From assembly GCA_003161515.1 (NCBI GenBank), contig PMOH01000316.1, positions 1,210 through 65,209 on the forward strand: a stretch of DNA of 64,000 nucleotides, written 5' to 3'. The notes under the pieces are model-generated. The model ran no database searches and was not told where the DNA came from. It worked only from the letters and a program-made list of their open reading frames with translations. Position 1 is the stretch's first letter. Each line of letters opens with the position of its first letter. This document shows positions 57,615-64,000 of the stretch, one piece after another. This DNA comes from Deltaproteobacteria bacterium. Lineage in GTDB: Bacteria; Desulfobacterota; Binatia; Binatales; Binataceae. The translations under genes were made by a program, and so were the position numbers.

Positions 57615-58457
57615 ATGAGCGGATTGGTGATGGGGCTCGCCCTGCGGGTATCACAAGCCGAAGGTTATGATCGTCTCGTGCTCGTAGCGATCGGTGATTG
57701 CTGCGAAGACGACGGAACCGGCGCATGGCCGAGTATTCCCACCCTCGCAAAGCGCGCGCGTATCAGCGAGCGCACCGTCCAACGAAGTATTCAGGAATTG
57801 CAGGCCCTCGATGAGCTTGATGTAGAGAAGGGGGCCGGGCCTAAAGGAACCAACCTCTATTCGATCAACGTCGGGCTGCTTCTGGATCGGCTTCAAGCCG
57901 AGCGGAGAGGTGACTCTGTTGTCACCGGTGCCACAGCGTCACCCCCGTCAACGGCGACACCGGGGGGTGACACAGCTATGGCACCCGATCCGTCCACAGA
58001 TCCGTCAATAGAGAAAGAACATCACAGATCTAGGTTTCCTTCTTCTCCTAAGAGACAGAAGAAAGTAACTAACCCTTTGGACCCCGGCACCGATACATTC
58101 GAATTTCTATTTTGGCCGATTTACCCTCGGCCAGAGAAAAAACAAACCGCCTTGCATGAGTGGGCGTTGATGACCGACGACGAGCGCCAGCTAGCGATCG
58201 ACGACGTGCCGCAGCGCATCGCTAAAAATTGGCACGGGACGGAAACCGGCATGATCCCTCACCCGAGTTCATACCTGCATCAGAAGCGATGGACCGAGCC
58301 GCTACTCGACCTCAAGGGCAACGGCCATCACCAACGCGAAAATGCGTCCACGCGCTTCAAACAATGGGTCGACAAGGAAAGAGCCAATGGAAGCCAACCA
58401 AGCCTTAGCATTAACGGCAATGTTGACAGCAGCCTATCCCTCATGGGCAAGCGGTGA
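57615..58457 (+). CDS. phage replication initiator (N-terminal winged HTH)
   Basis: RLVLVAI..C..DDG..AWPSIPTLAKRARISERTVQRSI; C-terminal FW..YP....K...HPSSYL...RW. Confidence 0.85.
   Translation: MSGLVMGLALRVSQAEGYDRLVLVAIGDCCEDDGTGAWPSIPTLAKRARISERTVQRSIQELQALDELDVEKGAGPKGTNLYSINVGLLLDRLQAERRGDSVVTGATASPPSTATPGGDTAMAPDPSTDPSIEKEHHRSRFPSSPKRQKKVTNPLDPGTDTFEFLFWPIYPRPEKKQTALHEWALMTDDERQLAIDDVPQRIAKNWHGTETGMIPHPSSYLHQKRWTEPLLDLKGNGHHQRENASTRFKQWVDKERANGSQPSLSINGNVDSSLSLMGKR
57909..58008. repeat. iteron-like repeats, candidate replication origin
   Basis: Several GGTG(A/C)C...G(T/G)CACC units plus GATCCGTC x2 in the initiator linker. Confidence 0.55.
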
Positions 58458-58920
58458 AGAGACCTTCAGGCTCTACCAGATCTTTTTGCAGGAGCTCGAT
58501 GCGCGCGACGGTCGCGCTGCCGTGATGGAGATTATCCGATCACCGCGCGAATTCGCGCCTCCGGTCGGAATACTCCTCGACCTCGGCAAACAGTTCGAGA
58601 GGAGACGGCTCGAACATGAATTTTGGCGCGAACGCTGGTACGAGCCCGGCAGCATAGCTTACACACCCGACGGCCAACGATGCGCGGCTGATGCCGATGG
58701 CCATATGCAGCCCGCCCCTGAGCCCGAACCTCCCGCTATAAGCGATCAGCGGCGCGACGAGATAGCTCAACTCGTCGGTCAACTAGCCGAGCAGGCTGAG
58801 CAACCACGAATTCGAGCACGAATTGACGGCGCGGCACGTAACGATGCGCTCCGCCGCGGATTGCGCATTGGCGATATTCTGAGAATCGATCACAAATCCA
58901 AAGGAGAATCGAATCAATGA
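58387..58920 (+). CDS. helicase loader/inhibitor-like protein
   Basis: LTAAYP...Y...L..LD...AV...EFAPP; follows the initiator. Confidence 0.6.
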   Translation: MEANQALALTAMLTAAYPSWASGEETFRLYQIFLQELDARDGRAAVMEIIRSPREFAPPVGILLDLGKQFERRRLEHEFWRERWYEPGSIAYTPDGQRCAADADGHMQPAPEPEPPAISDQRRDEIAQLVGQLAEQAEQPRIRARIDGAARNDALRRGLRIGDILRIDHKSKGESNQ

Positions 58921-59315
58921 GTTGTTCACACGCAGGCTGTACGAACTGCCGAGAGTTGGAAGCGCAAGAAGCGCAAGTTCAGTGGAACGAGACGCTCTGG
59001 GCGCTACGCGCATCGGAGATACTGACGCTGGTGACCCGAGCGTACCACCTTGAACACTTCGACCTGACCGGCCCGCTGCGCACAGCGCATATTGCGAGTG
59101 CGAGACAAATCGCGTGCTATCTTTTGCGACGGCTCACGGGATATAGCTACCCCATGATCGGCGAGATACTGCACCGCGACCACTCGACGATAATTCACGC
59201 GTACAACGTGGTGGCTAAACAGATGGCCATGATGCCGGATCGAAAGCGTGTCATCGACGCGATGGCTTACGCGATCGAGCATCCGGCGGAACAGCAAAGG
59301 CAGGTGGCGGTATGA
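58917..59315 (+). CDS. DnaA C-terminal HTH domain protein
   Basis: ARQIACYLLRRLTGYSYPMIGEILHRDHSTIIHA. Confidence 0.9.
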   Translation: MSCSHAGCTNCRELEAQEAQVQWNETLWALRASEILTLVTRAYHLEHFDLTGPLRTAHIASARQIACYLLRRLTGYSYPMIGEILHRDHSTIIHAYNVVAKQMAMMPDRKRVIDAMAYAIEHPAEQQRQVAV

Positions 59316-59341
59316 TTCCGAAGGGAGCCCGAGTTTCGAAA

Positions 59342-60039
59342 GGGAATTATTGATTTGAGTCCCTTATTACGATGAAGCCGTATTTTGAAGAGGCGGGGAT
59401 TACGATTTTTCACGGTGACTGCCGCGAAGTGCTCGGAATGTATTCGGGCTTTATCGTTACCGACCCGCCTTACGGTATCGACCATCCGACCGACTATAGG
59501 GCGCGGGGGCGGGGTGCGTTGGCTGAGTGTGCTGATTATCCGCGCGTGGCTGGCGATGCCGAGCCTTTTGAGCCGTCTTTCTTGCTTGACCGACCCTGCG
59601 TGCTATTCGGAGCCAATTACTTCGCTGACAGGCTGCCGCCGTCGTCGGGCTGGCTAGTCTGGGACAAGATGCGCCCACATGGCCTCGACCAAGCGACTGC
59701 GGAACTGGCGTGGTCGAATTTCGTCAAGGGTGTTCGGGTGTTTCGCTATCTCTGGAACGGCATGATCAGGGATGGCAACGAGGCATTAGAGCACCCGACA
59801 CAGAAGCCGGTCGCGCTAATGAAATGGATTCTGGCGCTGAAATGGACGCCTGCGGGGCGGGTAATTGACCCCTTTATGGGCGCAGGCTCGACCCTAATCG
59901 CGGCGAAAGACATGGGGCGCGAGGCTGTCGGCATCGAACTCGAAGAACGGTATTGCGAAATTGCGGCACGGCGATTGAGCCAGTCAGCGATGCAATTCGG
60001 GACGCAAAATGAATCAAGGGACTAAACTATATAATTCCC
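59342..60039. mobile_element. non-autonomous IS1595-like cassette 1 (22-bp TIRs, TSD TTTCGAAA)
   Basis: GGGAATTATTGATTTGAGTCCC ... GGGACTAAACTATATAATTCCC, flanked by TTTCGAAA at 59334-59341 and 60040-60047. Confidence 0.9.
59372..60025 (+). CDS. beta-class N6A/N4C DNA methyltransferase
   Basis: HGDC, TDPPY, HPTQKP, DPFMGAGST. Confidence 0.93.
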   Translation: MKPYFEEAGITIFHGDCREVLGMYSGFIVTDPPYGIDHPTDYRARGRGALAECADYPRVAGDAEPFEPSFLLDRPCVLFGANYFADRLPPSSGWLVWDKMRPHGLDQATAELAWSNFVKGVRVFRYLWNGMIRDGNEALEHPTQKPVALMKWILALKWTPAGRVIDPFMGAGSTLIAAKDMGREAVGIELEERYCEIAARRLSQSAMQFGTQNESRD

Positions 60040-60218
60040 TTTCGAAAGCGGTTGGGGAGTACGACCGCCTGGTCACCGAGATGGTGGGCGTTTCCAATGT
60101 CTTAGTGCGACGCGGCGGCACCTCACGCAAGAATCTGTGGCGGGAAGAATCCCCCGAAGAGGCGATGAAGCGGTTCGGGCAGCCAGCGCCGACGAATCCG
60201 CTGCATGTGAACCGATGA
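60009..60218 (+). CDS. 3' part of a gene interrupted by cassette 1 (5' part at 59312-59341), restarted from a cassette ATG
   Basis: Excision joins MIPKGARVSK to AVGEYDRL... in frame. Confidence 0.7.
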   Translation: MNQGTKLYNSLSKAVGEYDRLVTEMVGVSNVLVRRGGTSRKNLWREESPEEAMKRFGQPAPTNPLHVNR

Positions 60219-60448
60219 CTCTACCTGTCGACCCGAGAGTCCGGCGCTTGGAACCGGAAGTGGTTTCGCCGGAGACCGAACGCGAAGCGCTCCACGTTCG
60301 TTTCCAATTCGACACAATCTACGAACATGGCTGCGGCCTAGCTCTCGGCATCGGTCACATCGAGAGCAGCGACCACAGCTATGCCGTAACGATGCGGCGA
60401 CTAGCCGACGGACGTGTCGAGGTTCTGCACGTCCGGGAGATGCGGTAA
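60215..60448 (+). CDS. hypothetical protein
   Basis: ATGA and TAATG overlaps. Confidence 0.6.
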   Translation: MTLPVDPRVRRLEPEVVSPETEREALHVRFQFDTIYEHGCGLALGIGHIESSDHSYAVTMRRLADGRVEVLHVREMR

Positions 60449-60777
60449 TGGCAATTCGAATCCAGCGGAAGCGCACGCGTGGTTGGAAAGCTCCTGAAGG
60501 CGCTGTCTACGTCGGGCGTCCGACCGAATGGGGGAATCCTTGGACGGTTGGGCTCGTGGCCTGCGGCTGTCGCTCAGCAGGCGAATGCGATCACAATTGC
60601 TTTCGCGTCGAAACCGCCGAAGAGGCCGTCGATATGTACCGTCGGTGGGCGTCCGGTTGGAGCGATGAGAAAAAGCAGCGTTGTCGAGATCAATTGAGTG
60701 GAAAAGATCAGATGGACTGGTGTTCACTCGACAAGCCCTGCCACGCGGACGTGACGTTGGAGATCGCGAACGCATGA
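60448..60777 (+). CDS. DUF4326-like protein
   Basis: RIQRKR..GW..P..AVYVGRPTEWGNPW...LSGKD..WC....CHAD. Confidence 0.85.
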   Translation: MAIRIQRKRTRGWKAPEGAVYVGRPTEWGNPWTVGLVACGCRSAGECDHNCFRVETAEEAVDMYRRWASGWSDEKKQRCRDQLSGKDQMDWCSLDKPCHADVTLEIANA

Positions 60778-61355
60778 GAGTCCTGCTAACCCAGAGCGAG
60801 CGCCTGAACTTCTTCGTCGCCAAGCTGACGTATTGGGACCTCACGTTCGAGCCTCGAGGCCTCGCCAGCGTCGAACTCTGTCTCTGCGAAGAGACCGAGA
60901 AAAGAGACCACCGCCTCCGCCGGTCGGCCGGCATGAAACACCTGGCCGAGTGCCCCGCCACGGATAGCGAAATGGAATTCATCGAGCCGCTTTGGGCCCG
61001 ATGCTGCGCGATCGCCATCGTCGGCCGCATCGGATTCATCAAGCACGCGCCGAAGCCTTGGCGAGTCTATTTCCGCGACCTGCTCGATCAGCGCGAGCCG
61101 CGCGCGGCCGCCCTCGAGGACGGCAGGATGCGGATGCTCGCCGTGGGCGCCCGGCTGCAGGGAATCAACGCGAAGTACAACGAGAAAGAGGCGCTGGTGT
61201 TCATGCTCAAGATCGTCGCGACGATCGCGCGCGCCGGCGGCCGCGAAGAGATTCGGGAATTCCTCAACGGGAATCCGGTTCCCGCGTCGATCCGATCGCT
61301 GGGCTACAGAACCATTGTCGACGATCTCTTGCGCGCAATGGAGTTGCCGTCGTGA
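60774..61355 (+). CDS. hypothetical protein
   Basis: ATGA overlap at the start, GTGA at the end. Confidence 0.65.
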   Translation: MRVLLTQSERLNFFVAKLTYWDLTFEPRGLASVELCLCEETEKRDHRLRRSAGMKHLAECPATDSEMEFIEPLWARCCAIAIVGRIGFIKHAPKPWRVYFRDLLDQREPRAAALEDGRMRMLAVGARLQGINAKYNEKEALVFMLKIVATIARAGGREEIREFLNGNPVPASIRSLGYRTIVDDLLRAMELPS

Positions 61356-61362
61356 AAGTAAG

Positions 61363-61885
61363 GGGAATTATTGATTTGAGTCCCTCGCCGCACAATGCAA
61401 ATCCGTAGAGCACAACCATGCGAAACGCGAAAACTAAAAGACTGGATCGCAGCGAATCACTACCTGCAATCCGCTCCTCCGGGATTTGTGCATCTCTACG
61501 AGTTCATCGAGGGCAAGGAATTGATCGGCGGGATGATTTTGGGCCGCCCATCCGCGAAGCAATACAACCCCGACAAAATCCTCCAACTTCACCGCGTCTT
61601 TTTCATCGACGATACCGCCCCGAATGTCGAGAGTCAGGGACTTTCCATGATGCGCCGCATGGTTCGGGTTTGGATACCGCAGATTCGCGGTCTCTTGTCC
61701 TATTCCGATCCAAGCATCGGCCACGAAGGGACGATTTACGAGGCCGATATGTGGTGTCCGCTCGGCCTGACCGACGAACACTGGGGCTACGGGTGGAAAA
61801 GCCGCGAAGGACGGCGCGATCAACGGGTCAGTCGCAAGATGCGATGGTTTAGAACGCCATGAAGGGACTCAAATCAATAATTCCC
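61363..61885. mobile_element. non-autonomous IS1595-like cassette 2 (perfect 22-bp TIRs, TSD AAAGTAAG)
   Basis: TIRs 61363-61384 and 61864-61885; AAAGTAAG at 61355-61362 and 61886-61893. Confidence 0.92.
61395..61862 (+). CDS. Mom-like (GNAT-fold) adenine modification enzyme
   Basis: HYL...GRP...L.R....APNVES...LLSYSDPSIGHEGTIYEA..W. Confidence 0.8.
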   Translation: MQIRRAQPCETRKLKDWIAANHYLQSAPPGFVHLYEFIEGKELIGGMILGRPSAKQYNPDKILQLHRVFFIDDTAPNVESQGLSMMRRMVRVWIPQIRGLLSYSDPSIGHEGTIYEADMWCPLGLTDEHWGYGWKSREGRRDQRVSRKMRWFRTP

Positions 61886-62215
61886 AAAGTAAGTCTCGGC
61901 GGCGAGAGCGGCAACAAGTACGGCGCGCGCAAGACAAGCTGCGGGAAGCACATCCATGATTCCAATCGCGAAGCTCAACGATGTGCAGAACTGCGGCTCA
62001 TGGAGAAGGGCCGCTTGATCGCTGATTTGATATTCCAGCCAGCGTTTCCCATGTGGTACGGCGACAACCTGATCTGCACTTACGTCGCTGATTTTATGTA
62101 CCACGAGGAAGATGAACTCGTTGTCGAAGACGTGAAGGGTAAAGCCACAGATAGTTACATTATCAAGCGCAAAATGCTCAAGGCATTTTATGGAATCACG
62201 GTGAGGGAGACTTGA
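61859..62215 (+). CDS. DUF1064-like nuclease (N-terminus supplied by the cassette 2 end)
   Basis: NKYGARK...DS..EA.R..EL...YVADF.Y....VVEDVKG. Confidence 0.85.
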   Translation: MKGLKSIIPKVSLGGESGNKYGARKTSCGKHIHDSNREAQRCAELRLMEKGRLIADLIFQPAFPMWYGDNLICTYVADFMYHEEDELVVEDVKGKATDSYIIKRKMLKAFYGITVRET

Positions 62216-62856
62216 ACGTCAGAGATCGCATAATCGGCTTTAGTCGGGTCAGGGCTTCTGAACTTAAGGCCAATCCTTCCAATCCGAGGCAGCACGATGA
62301 GCGCGAGCGCGAGGTCTTTGGCGACCTACTCTCACGGATCGGGTTTGCCGGAGCACTTCTCGCATATCGCAACGCCGACGGCGAACTCGAGCTGGTAGAT
62401 GGCGCGCTACGCAAGGATCTGATGGAGGACCAAGAAGTCCCCGTGCTCGAGACTGACCTGACTCCCGACGAAGCGCGCGAGCTTCTGCTGTTCTTCGATC
62501 GCGTCGCCGGGATGGCGACCTACAATCCGGAGATCACGCTCGAGCTGGTCGAGCGTCTCAACCTGAACGGCGACGCGGCCGCGCTCGCGCACCTCGCCGA
62601 TGAGATGGAGGCGGAGGCGCAGATCGAGAGCATGTCCTCGGAAGCCAATCCGGAGACCGCGGGCGGTACGTCGCAACCAGGTGGTCGGAAGAAGCGCGGC
62701 GAGGATACGGGACCCACGCCGATCAAGGCTGTGATTTCAGTTTTCGAGCTCCAGATAGTGGAACGTGCGCTCAGTGCGACCCAAGAAAAAAATCGCGGGA
62801 CCGCACTCAGCATCATCTGCCAAGCATTTCTCAATTCGATAGGAGAGACGAATTGA
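62212..62856 (+). CDS. ParB/Srx-like N-terminal domain protein
   Basis: ELKANPSNPRQH...IGFAG...LVDGALR. Confidence 0.75.
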   Translation: MNVRDRIIGFSRVRASELKANPSNPRQHDEREREVFGDLLSRIGFAGALLAYRNADGELELVDGALRKDLMEDQEVPVLETDLTPDEARELLLFFDRVAGMATYNPEITLELVERLNLNGDAAALAHLADEMEAEAQIESMSSEANPETAGGTSQPGGRKKRGEDTGPTPIKAVISVFELQIVERALSATQEKNRGTALSIICQAFLNSIGETN

Positions 62857-63053
62857 AAACTCTACGTCCAAAGAAAAAACCAATCTGGGGGATGCTTATC
62901 TATCGCACTACCAGCAAAGGCGTAGACCACATGCCGGAGATCCTGAATCAGATGACCGCCCAAGAGGCTCGGCAAGCGAAGGTCTGCATGGCGGGCGGCA
63001 ACACGATGGTCGTGTTCTACCCGATGCTCAAGAAAGGGGAATTATTGATTTGA
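62853..63053 (+). CDS. hypothetical protein truncated by cassette 3 (original C-terminus at 63771-63799)
   Basis: Ends GELLI* inside the TIR; excision gives ...MLKKGVRYEGREN*. Confidence 0.65.
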   Translation: MKTLRPKKKPIWGMLIYRTTSKGVDHMPEILNQMTAQEARQAKVCMAGGNTMVVFYPMLKKGELLI

Positions 63054-63762
63054 GTCCCTCAATCAAAAACTCTCTCGTTTGGTTAGACCTTTGCTCCGGC
63101 CTAGGTGGCGCGAGTCAGCCGGCGTTGGATCGCGGTTGGAGGGTTATCAGAATCGACCTTGACTCTCGCTTCAGGCCCGACATCGTGGCCGACGTTCGCG
63201 CGCTGCCGCTCAAGGGCTATTGGGAATCTAGGGCGCTCCGCATCGATGTGCTGTGGGCGAGTCCGCCTTGCCAGGATTTTAGCAAACACGGACTGCGTTG
63301 CTTCTATCCGAATCCGCCGGAGCCGGATTTATCAATCGCTAACGCCGTCGGGGCGTTGATCAACCGACTTCAACCGCGTTTCTGGGTGATTGAGAACGTG
63401 TGGGCGGCTCGTCCGTGGTTCACGAAGCTGTTCGGTCAGGTACGCGCCAAGCCGCCAGGCCACGCGCTGTGGTCCAACCTCGCATTCCTGCTTCCGAACA
63501 TCGAGCCGCACAAGAGTTCCAGCGTCCAACTTAAGTCGAGAGGCATCGGAGCGATTCCAGGAAAACCAGGCGATTGGCGCAAGACCTATCGAGGCCTTAG
63601 AGAGAGGCATGCCACCGGAATAAGACCCGTCAAAGCTACGCCGGGGCGCTGGATGGGCAGTCACCACGATATGACGCCAGCGGAAGCAGCCGTAATTCCC
63701 TATCCGATCGGTGAGGCCATCTGCGCAGCGGTGGAGCGAAGGGACTCAAATCAATAATTCCC
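63037..63762. mobile_element. non-autonomous IS1595-like cassette 3 (perfect 22-bp TIRs, TSD CAAGAAAG)
   Basis: TIRs 63037-63058 and 63741-63762; CAAGAAAG at 63029-63036 and 63763-63770. Confidence 0.92.
63050..63757 (+). CDS. short C5-cytosine DNA methyltransferase-like protein
   Basis: LDLCSGLGG, ASPPCQDFS, VIENV. Confidence 0.85.
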   Translation: MSPSIKNSLVWLDLCSGLGGASQPALDRGWRVIRIDLDSRFRPDIVADVRALPLKGYWESRALRIDVLWASPPCQDFSKHGLRCFYPNPPEPDLSIANAVGALINRLQPRFWVIENVWAARPWFTKLFGQVRAKPPGHALWSNLAFLLPNIEPHKSSSVQLKSRGIGAIPGKPGDWRKTYRGLRERHATGIRPVKATPGRWMGSHHDMTPAEAAVIPYPIGEAICAAVERRDSNQ

Positions 63763-63795
63763 CAAGAAAGGGGTCAGGTACGAGGGGAGAGAAAA

Positions 63796-64000
63796 TTGAA
63801 AGCACTAACTTTAACGCAGCCGTGGGCTAGCCTTGTGGCCTTGGGGTTAAAACACATCGAGACTAGGAGTTGGAGCACGGGATATCGGGGACCGCTGGCT
63901 ATCCATGCCGCGAAAGGTTTTCCGAACGACTGCAAAGAACTATGTATCGAGGAGCCGTTTCGTTCCGTACTCTTGGTTGCAGGCATCGGCGGGGCAAGCG
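63796..64000 (+). CDS. ASCH domain protein (runs off the window)
   Basis: MKALTLTQPWASLVALGLKHIETRSW..YRGPLAIHA. Confidence 0.9.
   Translation, partial: MKALTLTQPWASLVALGLKHIETRSWSTGYRGPLAIHAAKGFPNDCKELCIEEPFRSVLLVAGIGGAS

Noticed and set aside
58917..59315. Host dnaA marking a prophage boundary
   Set aside because: Only the C-terminal HTH domain is present, which is common in phage replication modules; flanking genes are phage-like.
59342..63762. CRISPR array or integron attC interpretation of the 22-bp repeats
   Set aside because: Copies alternate in orientation, are 0.5-1.3 kb apart and have 8-bp target duplications. There are no spacers, cas genes or attC GTTRRRY structure.

Overview
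The whole window is tailed-phage (Caudoviricetes) DNA with a contractile, Mu/P2-like tail. No host chromosomal genes are visible. Layout: a leftward AT-richer early or accessory operon (1-2.4 kb); a rightward block with HTH proteins, an embedded tRNA-Ser, membrane proteins, two papain-fold enzymes and a glycosyltransferase-sulfotransferase fusion (3-12 kb); packaging and head genes (terL, portal, scaffold, capsid; 12-24 kb); neck, sheath, tube, chaperone, tape measure, baseplate and fibres (24-47 kb); a GH108 lysin; a leftward recombination operon (47.6-54.2 kb); a divergent promoter switch; then a rightward tyrosine recombinase, replication genes and nin-like region. The most striking structure is three transposase-less mini-transposons (59342-60039, 61363-61885, 63037-63762). 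Each has 22-bp terminal inverted repeats (GGGAATTATTGATTTGAGTCCC type), a perfect and different 8-bp target-site duplication, and exactly one DNA-modification gene (N6A/N4C methyltransferase, Mom-like enzyme, C5 methyltransferase-like). Each interrupts a phage gene that can be rebuilt in silico. Other notable items: a full tRNA-Ser inside an open reading frame next to an orphan integrase arm-type domain, several virion-type proteins with Sec signal peptides, a biotinyl-domain gene in the head module, and a portal that probably starts at ATC. All functional calls come from motif recognition by eye; no database searches were run.
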